The notes under the pieces are model-generated. The model saw only the letters and a program-made list of their open reading frames with translations, did not search any database and was not told the origin of the DNA. Positions 55,974-64,000 of a stretch of DNA of 64,000 nucleotides are shown here, in pieces. Within the stretch, counting starts at the first letter, position 1. Each line of letters begins with the position of its first letter. Source of the stretch: Oscillospiraceae bacterium (GTDB lineage: Bacteria; Bacillota; Clostridia; Oscillospirales; CAG-272); NCBI GenBank assembly GCA_015064185.1, contig SVSS01000004.1, positions 7,347 to 71,346 of the forward strand, in the 5' to 3' direction. The translations under genes and the position numbers were made by a program.

Positions 55974-57215
55974 TCAATCGATCACAAAAAACTGGGGCAA
56001 TCCCTTTTCATAAGAGGGGGTTGCTTCCCCTGCAATAAGCGGCAGCAAATAATCTGCACAAGCGCGCGTGACGTGGTTAGAACGCTTATTGATGAAATGA
56101 TCGGGCACTCTTTTTACCTGATTGGCAATCTTTGATACATCGCTATGATCGATATGATATACGTAAGGAGAAGTGTTGTCACGTATGATCGTCATCATTT
56201 CACGTGTTACACCGCTTGCCGCCGCACGCACTGCTTCCCTGCCAACACAAACAGATTCCGCAATATCGGTAGCAGAAGCAATATGCGCCGCACAGCGCTG
56301 AGAAATGTTAAATTCGATTGAGCGCACCTTACAGCCAAGCTCTGCTCTTACCGCAAGCTCAAGTGCTTTGCCGGTGCCCGAAAGCTGCTTATGCCCAAAC
56401 ACATCGGTGGTGCCAACACCAACGCTCTCACAAACATACGTGCCGTCAGCAAAGCGAATGCCCTCGGATACTGCAATGACAACATTAGGGTGCTTGGAAA
56501 GTGCCTTGCGCACATCCTCAAAAAATTCTTCTTTATTGAAGGCACGCTCGGGCAGATAAATAAGATCGGGTACGATGCCATTGGTGGCAAGCCCCATACC
56601 TGCGGCGGCAGTAAGCCACCCTGCATCACGCCCCATAATTTCAACAATGGTAACAGCAGGCGTGCTATACACCGCACAGTCGCGAATGACCTCCTGCATA
56701 GAAACGGCAATATATTTGGCAGCAGAGCCAAAGCCGGGTGTGTGGTCAGTTACAACAAGATCGTTATCAATGGTTTTCGGCACGCCAACAATACGCATCT
56801 CATAATCCTGCTCCTTTGTGTAAGCAGAGAGCTTTGCCACGGTATCCATAGAATCATTGCCGCCGATATAAAAGAAATAACGAATATTATATTTTTTGAA
56901 AATGGAAAGCAGCTTTTCGTAAACCGCATCATCCTCACCAATTTTGGGCAGCTTTTTGCGGCAGGAGCCAAGCGCCGCGGCGGGCGTGTGCTCAAGCATA
57001 TCGATATTGCGAGGATCTGCAAACAACTCATTTAAATTCACAAGTCGCTCTTCAAGCAATCCCTCAACACCGTTACGCATACCGTAAAGCGTTTGAACAG
57101 CACCGTCACCTACATTCTCAAGCACACCGCGAATAACGCCCGCAAGTGTGGCATTGATGGCTGCGGTAGGACCACCCGATTGACCTACTACTGCATTTCC
57201 GATCAGCTTTTCCAT
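55974..57215 (-). CDS. 6-phosphofructokinase family enzyme, probably PPi-dependent
   Basis: GQSGGPTAAINA, IGGNDS (Asp at the position that is Gly in ATP-dependent PFKs), PKTIDNDL (Lys instead of Gly) and MGRDAGWL. Confidence 0.85.
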   Translation of the reverse strand: MEKLIGNAVVGQSGGPTAAINATLAGVIRGVLENVGDGAVQTLYGMRNGVEGLLEERLVNLNELFADPRNIDMLEHTPAAALGSCRKKLPKIGEDDAVYEKLLSIFKKYNIRYFFYIGGNDSMDTVAKLSAYTKEQDYEMRIVGVPKTIDNDLVVTDHTPGFGSAAKYIAVSMQEVIRDCAVYSTPAVTIVEIMGRDAGWLTAAAGMGLATNGIVPDLIYLPERAFNKEEFFEDVRKALSKHPNVVIAVSEGIRFADGTYVCESVGVGTTDVFGHKQLSGTGKALELAVRAELGCKVRSIEFNISQRCAAHIASATDIAESVCVGREAVRAAASGVTREMMTIIRDNTSPYVYHIDHSDVSKIANQVKRVPDHFINKRSNHVTRACADYLLPLIAGEATPSYEKGLPQFFVID

Positions 57216-57268
57216 TTAAAATAGACCTCCTAATATTTGGAAATATTCTTTGATATAACCTATGATAC

Positions 57269-57297
57269 ATTATATCAGAAATATAACATAAAATCAA
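57269..57297 (-). promoter_or_regulatory. Candidate sigma-A-type promoter of the PFK gene
   Basis: On the minus strand: TTGATT (57292-57297), 17-nt spacer, TATAAT (57269-57274). Confidence 0.4.
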
Positions 57298-57491
57298 GCA
57301 ACCTTACACGGAACGATATGCAACTTTCAGTTGCAATAACCGCAGGAGCATCCATGTTGAAATATACCGAGAAAGCACCCCTTCTTCTATACAAATTCTA
57401 CCAAATATAGCGCCTTGTGTCAAGCCCAAAAGCATCTCCTTGCGTTATTTTGGACAGGCGGCACCACATAGAATTTGTTGGAGGTGATTTT

Positions 57492-58169
57492 TTGTTTTCA
57501 GCTTTGATCTCACTTATCTTGGGAGCCGTGCATTTACTGCTTGGAATTGGCACGCCCCAAAAGTTTCCGCCGCCGTTAAGTGCCGCCGAGGAACGTGCCG
57601 CTTTTGTGGCAAAATCACAGGGCGATATGGAGGCTCGTGAAAAACTGATTTTGCACAACCTGCGTTTGGTTGCACACATTGTAAGAAAATATTACGGAAC
57701 GGCAAAAAACAGCGAGGATCTTGTATCGATCGGCACCATAGGATTGGTGAAGGCGGTGGATACCTTTAATCCCACAAACGGCACACGCTTTGCCACTTAT
57801 GCCGCAAAGTGTATTCAAAACGAGATCCTGATGCACTTTCGTGCGCAAAAAAAGCTTTCTTGCGAGGTTTCTATCAACGAAACGATCGATGTGGACCGCG
57901 ACGGCAATCCCCTGACCTACATCGATGTAATCGCCACGGAGGATAACATTGAAGAGGAGGTTGACAAGCACATCAAATCAACGCGCGTGCGGCGCTTGGT
58001 TGAAACCGTGCTTGATACGCGCGAGCGCGAGATCATATATTTGCGCTATGGCTTATCCGGTGAGCAGCCACTTACACAGCGAGAGGTGGCTGAGCTACTC
58101 GGCATCTCACGCTCATACGTGAGCCGCATCGAAAAAAGCGCACTCGACACGCTGCGAGAATACTGTTAA
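57492..58169 (+). CDS. sigK: Sporulation sigma factor SigK (pro-sigma-K), uninterrupted
   Basis: FPPPLS..HNLRLVAHIVRKY, IGTIGLVKAVDTF and GISRSYVSRIEKSAL match sigma-K rather than sigma-E. In-frame TTG at 57492, 4 nt after GGAGGTGA (57480-57487), gives a hydrophobic ~24-aa pro-sequence. Confidence 0.85.
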   Translation: MFSALISLILGAVHLLLGIGTPQKFPPPLSAAEERAAFVAKSQGDMEAREKLILHNLRLVAHIVRKYYGTAKNSEDLVSIGTIGLVKAVDTFNPTNGTRFATYAAKCIQNEILMHFRAQKKLSCEVSINETIDVDRDGNPLTYIDVIATEDNIEEEVDKHIKSTRVRRLVETVLDTREREIIYLRYGLSGEQPLTQREVAELLGISRSYVSRIEKSALDTLREYC

Positions 58170-58172
58170 CGC

Positions 58173-58207
58173 AAAAGAGGGGCTACCGCGCGGCAGCCCC
58201 TTTTTTG
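58173..58207. terminator. Bidirectional intrinsic terminator after sigK
   Basis: Stem AGGGGCT.CCG/CGG.AGCCCCT (58178-58201) flanked by A4 and T6. Confidence 0.75.
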
Positions 58208-59875
58208 TTATTCTTTTTCAAGCTCGATCTTGATCTCAATTTCTTTATTGCCAATGGCGGCAAAGCCACGGTAATGACCGTTGCGGTTGTAGCCAACCTC
58301 CTCAAGATCTATGATCTTACCGCTTGTGGTATAACGGCAAACAAAGCCCTGATAGCGAATTTCAAGCTGCTGCTCACTCGCCTTGATATCGGTATATACC
58401 TCACCGTCAAACGCGAAGGCAGGCAGCATATGCGCCAACTTATCGCTGCTTGTTGCCTTAATGGTTACGCCGTTTTCATCAACAGTATAGTCGGTCTTGA
58501 CCTCCTTGCCGTTAAAGAAGCGGCAAAGGAGCGAAACGTGAGCGGAGCTCTCCCCTTCACCCATGTCAAGCAGCTCGTATCTGCCGATATAAGCATCCGT
58601 GGCAAACTGCCAATAGTTATCCGAAAAGATGCCGGGAGAAAGCGACATTGCCACAGGATGCTCTCCCACAACGAACTTGGGCATTGCGGGACAGGGCAAG
58701 GACATGCAAAGTGCCGAGGGCACATCTGCCTTATGCACGCGCCCAAGGCCCGATGCATCGTAGTGCGGGTCTGCATCGGTATCAAACTCAAGTGAATAGC
58801 CTCCTGCACGCAAAAAGACCTTGTTGAAATATTCGGAGGTTTGATATACCATAGGGGAAAGGTCTATCTCGCCCGGAACAACATCGTCGTTGCAAAGAAT
58901 GTAGGCGTTATACAAATTAGATGCCAGTGTGATCATATACTTATCAAAATATGCATAGACCTCACAGCCAAATCGGCTTTCAAGCGGGAAGCGGTTCTTG
59001 ACATGGTGAACGGGAGTGCGGTCAAGCCACCGCTCAATGCAATCAAGCGCTCGCTCTGCTGCGGCTTTAAATTTGCCTGCCAGCTTAAAATTACCCTCTC
59101 TTTGATAACGGTCAGCAGCATATTCAAGCACGATCAGCTGCATTGCCTCGTTGTGCAAAAACTGATTGCTGCGACCGCCAAAGGGCACCTCACCCGTTAC
59201 CGATTGCATCTTAAGCGTCAAAAGCTCGGTTTTGCGAAGCATTTCGTCGATCTCGGCTCGGTAAGGTCCGTCGTAACCGAAATGAAGCAACAAGGAAAAC
59301 AGACCTCTCGGAACCAGATCGTAAATGATGGGTGGGTGATAAAGAGCGTCGCGGTACATACCGTTTTCATCAAGCCACTGAAGCTGTGTGGGGATCTGAA
59401 CATCCACAAAATCATCGGCATTACAAAGCCCGTAATGGTGCCGCGCGTACTCACTGACCGTTGTAAAGAGTGCCCAATTAAAGACCTTGTCTGTTTTTGA
59501 CTTGGCATATTTATCGTAACAGGTGTAGGGATCGATGGAGGCGATCGAACGCTTCCAGCCTTCAAGTCGCTTTTGGGGCACTACCCCCGCCGCCTCGATC
59601 TCCATGAGTGCACAAACGATCTCTCGCACCGAAAAATCATTTGCTGCTTTCACGCGCGGGATCTCCAGACAGCAAAAATCCATCATCTTAAGAAAAAGCG
59701 GCATAAGGTCGGTACGTCGGCCGTGGGAAATGAGAATGCCGATGTTCGCCGCCATACGCGGGAAGCCGTGCTCGGTAAGCCCATCCCTTTTCACGCGCTC
59801 AAAATATGCCACGATTTGTTCGTCAGCATAAGCGGCAAGGGTACGCTCCATTAAATCGATATAGCGTTCTTTCAT
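58208..59875 (-). CDS. Uncharacterised 555-aa protein, last gene of the kduI-kduD operon (helical N-terminal half, beta-rich C-terminal half; polysaccharide-lyase or hydrolase-like role suspected from context only)
   Basis: Long uninterrupted ORF beginning 6 nt after the kduD stop. No signal peptide. No motif I can assign. Confidence 0.7.
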   Translation of the reverse strand: MKERYIDLMERTLAAYADEQIVAYFERVKRDGLTEHGFPRMAANIGILISHGRRTDLMPLFLKMMDFCCLEIPRVKAANDFSVREIVCALMEIEAAGVVPQKRLEGWKRSIASIDPYTCYDKYAKSKTDKVFNWALFTTVSEYARHHYGLCNADDFVDVQIPTQLQWLDENGMYRDALYHPPIIYDLVPRGLFSLLLHFGYDGPYRAEIDEMLRKTELLTLKMQSVTGEVPFGGRSNQFLHNEAMQLIVLEYAADRYQREGNFKLAGKFKAAAERALDCIERWLDRTPVHHVKNRFPLESRFGCEVYAYFDKYMITLASNLYNAYILCNDDVVPGEIDLSPMVYQTSEYFNKVFLRAGGYSLEFDTDADPHYDASGLGRVHKADVPSALCMSLPCPAMPKFVVGEHPVAMSLSPGIFSDNYWQFATDAYIGRYELLDMGEGESSAHVSLLCRFFNGKEVKTDYTVDENGVTIKATSSDKLAHMLPAFAFDGEVYTDIKASEQQLEIRYQGFVCRYTTSGKIIDLEEVGYNRNGHYRGFAAIGNKEIEIKIELEKE

Positions 59876-59881
59876 AAGCGT

Positions 59882-60679
59882 TTACTTGGGCTGTTTGCCG
59901 ATATAAGCAAGAATACCGCCGTCAACATACAGCACGTGGCCGTTTACAAAATTAGAAGCATCGGATGCAAGGAACACCGCAGGCCCTACAAGATCCTCGG
60001 TTTCGCCCCAGCGTGCGGCGGGCGTTTTTGCAATGATGAAGGAGTCAAACGGATGACGGCTGCCATCGGGCTGCAGCTCGCGCAGAGGTGCAGTCTGGGG
60101 TGTAGCGATATAGCCGGGGCCAATGCCGTTACACTGAATATTAAACTCGCCGTATTCCGATGCAATATTGCGAGTGAGCATCTTAAGACCGCCCTTTGCG
60201 GCGGCGTACGCGGATACGGTTTCACGGCCAAGCTCACTCATCATTGAGCAGATGTTGATGATCTTGCCATGTCCCTTTTTGATCATAGCGGGAATCACCG
60301 CCTTCGATACAATAAAGGGGGCGTTGAGGTCAACGTCAATTACCTTTCTGAAGTCGGCTGCGGACATCTCGCACATGGGAATTCTCTTAATGATACCTGC
60401 GTTGTTGACAAGGATATCGATTACACCGACCTCTTTTTCAACAGTGGCAACGAGAGCGTTTACAGCATCCTCATCGGTAACGTCGCACACATAGCCGTGA
60501 GCATCAATACCCTCTGCCTTATAAGCCGCGATTCCCTTTTCAACAAGCTCCTTGTTAATATCGTTAAACACAACAGTTGCGCCTGCATTTGCAAGACCCT
60601 TTGCAATTGCAAAGCCGATGCCGTAGGAGGCACCCGTGACAAGCGCGACCTTGCCTGTGAGATCAAACATATTTGCCAT
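59882..60679 (-). CDS. kduD: 2-dehydro-3-deoxy-D-gluconate 5-dehydrogenase (SDR)
   Basis: MANMFDLTGKVALVTGASYGIGFAIA, YAAAKGG catalytic motif. Start at the ATG at 60679 preceded by AAGGAGAA. Immediately downstream of kduI. Confidence 0.87.
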   Translation of the reverse strand: MANMFDLTGKVALVTGASYGIGFAIAKGLANAGATVVFNDINKELVEKGIAAYKAEGIDAHGYVCDVTDEDAVNALVATVEKEVGVIDILVNNAGIIKRIPMCEMSAADFRKVIDVDLNAPFIVSKAVIPAMIKKGHGKIINICSMMSELGRETVSAYAAAKGGLKMLTRNIASEYGEFNIQCNGIGPGYIATPQTAPLRELQPDGSRHPFDSFIIAKTPAARWGETEDLVGPAVFLASDASNFVNGHVLYVDGGILAYIGKQPK

Positions 60680-60698
60680 TTTTTCTATTCTCCTTTTA

Positions 60699-61529
60699 TT
60701 AGAGCAGATCCTTGGTTGCGATATGATCCATGTCGGTGAACTCTTGGTTCTCGCCGCACATCGACCAGATAAAGGAGTAAGCGCGTGTGCCAACACCCGA
60801 GTGGATCGACCACGAGGGAGAGATCACAGCCTCCTCGTTGTGCATGATGATATGTCTTGTTTCGGTGGGCTCACCCATCATATGGAATACCACATCATTC
60901 TCGCCCATATCGAGGTAGAAATAGACCTCCATGCGTCTGTCGTGCGTATGACAGGGCATGGTGTTCCAGTTGGAACCGGGCTCAAGCTGTGTAAGACCCA
61001 TAGTAAGCTGACAGCTCTTGATCACCTCAGGGTGAATGTACTGATTGATGACACGCTTGTTGCACTCCTCAGCCGAGCCGCAGGGCACCTTTTTCGCTTT
61101 ACTGATATCGATCTTTACGATCGGATAAGAGGCATGTGCCGGGCAAGAGCTAACGTAAAACTTTGCGGGATCGGCAGGATCTGCACTCTCAAACGTGATC
61201 TCCTTATTCCCCATACCGATATACATGCCGTCACGGGGGTTCATTTCATAAGCAACACCGTCAACTGTGACGGTACCCTTGCCGCCCACATTGATGCAGC
61301 CCATTTCGCGGCGCTGCAGGAAATATTCGGCTGCAAGCTCCTTGCCTGCCTCAAGTGCCAATGCCTTAGTTACAGGCATTACACCTGCTGTGATGATTCT
61401 GTCAATGTGGCTATACACCATTTTAACGTTGTCGTTGGTAAAAAGACCACAGATGTGGAACTCCTCACGAAGTCTTTCGGTTGTATAATGCTTTGCGTCC
61501 TTTGCGTTTGCGGGTTGACGTACTTCCAT
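60699..61529 (-). CDS. kduI: 5-dehydro-4-deoxy-D-glucuronate isomerase
   Basis: 276 aa. N-terminus MEVRQPANAKDAKHYTTERLREEF and a cupin core with CHTHDRRMEVYFY, typical of KduI. Confidence 0.92.
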   Translation of the reverse strand: MEVRQPANAKDAKHYTTERLREEFHICGLFTNDNVKMVYSHIDRIITAGVMPVTKALALEAGKELAAEYFLQRREMGCINVGGKGTVTVDGVAYEMNPRDGMYIGMGNKEITFESADPADPAKFYVSSCPAHASYPIVKIDISKAKKVPCGSAEECNKRVINQYIHPEVIKSCQLTMGLTQLEPGSNWNTMPCHTHDRRMEVYFYLDMGENDVVFHMMGEPTETRHIIMHNEEAVISPSWSIHSGVGTRAYSFIWSMCGENQEFTDMDHIATKDLL

Positions 61530-61612
61530 GATAAAAGCCTCCTAAATTTTTCTTTACAATTTCATTATACCAAATGATTTTTGCAAATTCATTGCTTCTT
61601 TTCACATTTTTA

Positions 61613-61641
61613 TTGCAATTTCAATCATTTTATGTTAGAAT
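61613..61641 (+). promoter_or_regulatory. Candidate sigma-A-type promoter of the second AraC-family gene
   Basis: TTGCAA (61613-61618), 17-nt spacer, TGTTAGAAT (TAGAAT at 61636-61641). Confidence 0.45.
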
Positions 61642-61664
61642 ACCCACAAGAGAGGTGATTGTAG

Positions 61665-62510
61665 ATGAAATGCTTTTTTGAAACCTGTCACGAGGCGGTT
61701 GCAGCCACCACACAAACCAAAAGCTTTGGTATCTTTTTCTCAGAGGAAAGCAACCCCACCCAACACGTGCACGTGCACGACTGCTGTGAAATATTTCTCG
61801 CACTTGAAGGAGGAAGCACCTTTCTTGTGGACGACAAGGTTTATGACATCCAAAACGGAGATCTTTTTATCATCAACCAATTTGAGGCGCACAAGGTAGT
61901 AGCAAGCAAAAACGGCAAATTTACACGATATATCCTTCACGTGCATCCTGCTTTTATTTACGCCAACTCACAGGGCGACGTAAGCCTTGCCCCCTGCTTT
62001 TACTCAACCAACAAAATCACAAAACTATCCCCAAGCGCAGCAGACTTGGCACGGCTGGTTGCCTTGTTTGAGGATATGCGCTGTGAGCGCGAATACGGCG
62101 ATGAAATTTACAAAAGATTGCGCGCAACCGAGATCCTGCTTGAGATCAACCGTGTGTTTGCCACCCACGGTGCCGCCGAATCCAATGCCTTTCGACACAA
62201 AGCCGTTCAGCTTGCCATCGATCATATCAACCGCAATTATGCAAGTACACTTTCACTTGAAGAGGTGGCAAAAAATGCCTTTGTTTCCCCCGTGCAGCTC
62301 TCGCGCCTATTCGGCCGATATTGCGGCACAACGGTAACCAAATATATCGCAGGCAAGCGCATTACCGAAGCCAAAAAAATGCTTGCCGAGGGCAGAAGCG
62401 TTACCGACACTGCCCTTTCCTGCGGCTTTAATGACTACGCCAATTTCATTCGCACCTTCAAGCGGGCTGTTGGCGTACCGCCCGGAAAATACAGAGCGCA
62501 GATCGTATAA
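61665..62510 (+). CDS. AraC-family transcriptional regulator with N-terminal cupin domain
   Basis: Cupin-like N-terminus (HVHDCCEIFLALEGG) and a C-terminal AraC helix-turn-helix (LEEVAKNAFVSPVQLSRLFG..ANFIRTFKRAVGVPPGKYR). Divergent from kduI. Confidence 0.85.
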   Translation: MKCFFETCHEAVAATTQTKSFGIFFSEESNPTQHVHVHDCCEIFLALEGGSTFLVDDKVYDIQNGDLFIINQFEAHKVVASKNGKFTRYILHVHPAFIYANSQGDVSLAPCFYSTNKITKLSPSAADLARLVALFEDMRCEREYGDEIYKRLRATEILLEINRVFATHGAAESNAFRHKAVQLAIDHINRNYASTLSLEEVAKNAFVSPVQLSRLFGRYCGTTVTKYIAGKRITEAKKMLAEGRSVTDTALSCGFNDYANFIRTFKRAVGVPPGKYRAQIV

Positions 62511-62523
62511 AAATCCCACATCC

Positions 62524-62577
62524 AAAAAACCGCCTTTTCCGCTACCGTGGCAGCAGAAAAAGCGGTTCTTTTATTTT
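62524..62577. terminator. Bidirectional intrinsic terminator between the AraC gene and the flippase gene
   Basis: 16-bp stem with 2 mismatches, AACCGCCTTTTCCGCT/AGCAGAAAAAGCGGTT (62528-62567), flanked by an A-run and a T-run. Confidence 0.7.
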
Positions 62578-64000
62578 GTGCTTTTATTGGGCAGCATCTT
62601 TTTTATAAGCAACCGTACCTCGGGAAGCATCAAAAACACCAAAACAACTGCTGCCAACAAAACGCCGATATTCCATGCAGCCGAAAGGTAGTGATATGCA
62701 AAAACGGTTGCCGCAACAAGAGGAAATGCTACGATGTGAAAAGGACGCAAGCAAAGACCCACAATGCGCCGCAAAAGCAGTACACGCAGCAGCACCGTAC
62801 CAAAAGCCGCAATGCAAAAGGCAACGTGTGCGCCAAGCGCACCGCCGCCGCATTGAATAAATAACAGCGCAAGCGCTACATTTAACATAGCGCCAAGCGC
62901 GGTAGACAGCAACAGCATGCCCGTCTTTTTTGCCGCACCGAACATCGGCTCAAGAAAATCGCAAAGGACGGTGAGCGCCGCGCCCACAAGAGCCGCCGGA
63001 ATAAGCAGTCTTGCTTCTCCGTAAGAGGCGTCTATAAAGCCGGGGAAAAGCCAAAGGCCCACACGAGCAGCAGGCACGGACAGCAAGCACACAGCAAGCG
63101 TAACGCGCACGAAAAGATCTGTCTTTTCACTGTAATAGCTCCCCTGCTCTCCCACGACGGCATGCGATTGATACCCCTTTGTAAAAGCGATCTCCTGCCA
63201 TGCCAGCCGAAAGCAAAGCGAAGCAAAGACAATGATCTGTGCGAATTTAAGCGACACAGCAAACACGCCGCCTGCCGCCTCGCCAACAAGCACCGTGACA
63301 AGCACTCGTCCAAGAGAAGTCAGCATCCAATAGGCAACAGACCCTATTCCTAAAGGCAAGCAAAAGCGCAGTAAGCGCCGCAGCACGGCAGGATCAAGCG
63401 ATCTAAGATGCAGTAGCTCGTTTATCCGACAGCGCGCAAGCAATAGGATCACCCCAACACCTGCCCCCACTGCATAGGAAATATAAAGCGCTTCAAATCC
63501 ACGCGCAAAGCACAGGATCAGCACCAAATTACAAACAATCTGTAGGAGCGTGGAGATCACGCCCGTCGCGGCATACCAAGTGGCGTATCCCCTTGCACGA
63601 ACGATCATGCCACACGCAAGAAAAAGGGCGTTAAGCAAGCCGTAAAGCACCACAAGCGGTGCGTATGCAGGCGCAAAAGCAACACAAAGAATACCGCCCA
63701 AAAGCAAATAAAGCGCCGAGAGGACAAGAAGCATAAAGAGCCCGCAGCGCAGCACCGCAAGCCGCTCTTCACTGCTCCCGCGCTCCAAATAAAAGCGCAT
63801 GACCCCTACACCCACATCAAGGAAAATGAGGGAGGACACCAGCACCGCTATGGCAGTTGTGGCATCATACACACCCATATCTGCCACGGGGATGCATGCG
63901 GTATAAAGCGGAAGCATGAAAAAAAGTGCCAGCTTAGACAAAAAATTACCAAGAAAATAAACAAGAGAGGCTCGCCAAAAATGTTGCGGTGCAGCAACGT
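62571..64000 (-). CDS. Polysaccharide biosynthesis / oligosaccharide flippase family protein (Wzx/MOP-like); 5' end runs off the window
   Basis: Multi-pass membrane protein. The frame stays open upstream of the track start to the window edge (..LVYFLGNFLSKLALFFMLPLYT), which matches the usual N-terminal GNF.SK...F...PLYT motif of this family. Confidence 0.78.
   Translation of the reverse strand, partial: VAAPQHFWRASLVYFLGNFLSKLALFFMLPLYTACIPVADMGVYDATTAIAVLVSSLIFLDVGVGVMRFYLERGSSEERLAVLRCGLFMLLVLSALYLLLGGILCVAFAPAYAPLVVLYGLLNALFLACGMIVRARGYATWYAATGVISTLLQIVCNLVLILCFARGFEALYISYAVGAGVGVILLLARCRINELLHLRSLDPAVLRRLLRFCLPLGIGSVAYWMLTSLGRVLVTVLVGEAAGGVFAVSLKFAQIIVFASLCFRLAWQEIAFTKGYQSHAVVGEQGSYYSEKTDLFVRVTLAVCLLSVPAARVGLWLFPGFIDASYGEARLLIPAALVGAALTVLCDFLEPMFGAAKKTGMLLLSTALGAMLNVALALLFIQCGGGALGAHVAFCIAAFGTVLLRVLLLRRIVGLCLRPFHIVAFPLVAATVFAYHYLSAAWNIGVLLAAVVLVFLMLPEVRLLIKKMLPNKSTK

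Noticed and set aside
57417-58169. Split sigK or a skin-type prophage insertion
   Set aside because: All sigma-70 regions 2-4 are contiguous in a single ORF, and there is no recombinase nearby.

Overview
Chromosomal segment, roughly 50% GC by eye, from an endospore-forming Clostridia-like Firmicute (intact sigK, a GerA-family receptor gene, a SpoVD/SpoVE-type dcw cluster). No rRNA, tRNA, CRISPR, integrase or transposase was seen. Ordinary content: alaS; a compact minus-strand dcw cluster, mraZ-rsmH-(ftsL-position gene)-PBP-murE-murF-mraY-ftsW-murG-ftsZ; a glucuronide/hexuronate island (GH2 beta-glucuronidase-like enzyme, GPH symporter, AraC regulator, uxuA-uxuB-eda-kdgK); a kduI-kduD operon that also carries an unassigned 555-aa protein; and single genes (TIGR01212 radical SAM, aminotransferase, nuclease-fused DinG/XPD helicase, MecA, two tandem GxDLY-SGNH esterases, family-4 UDG, AEC transporter, PPi-type PFK, a Wzx-like flippase cut by the window edge). 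The unusual content is a five-member paralogous family of exported proteins built around a ComEC-type metallo-beta-lactamase (MBL) domain with intact HxHxDH. Together they take about 17.5 kb, over a quarter of the window. Two are lipoproteins (343-5010). Three are giant Sec-exported proteins (40355-55794; 1601, 1341 and 1339 aa) that add beta-helix-like GGxF repeats and a conserved acidic C-terminal tail, DIFGDEILLPE. Each giant gene has its own consensus TTGACA-17-TATAAT promoter and its own terminator. The giant genes show mosaic identity consistent with gene conversion. One carries an in-frame second copy of the tail motif after its stop codon. They flank an orphan GerA-family gene. A separate oddity is an array of short hairpins, each followed by AATTCA, in an otherwise empty 400-bp spacer (about 36.0-36.2 kb). 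All functional calls rest on reading motifs in the supplied translations; no database search was possible.
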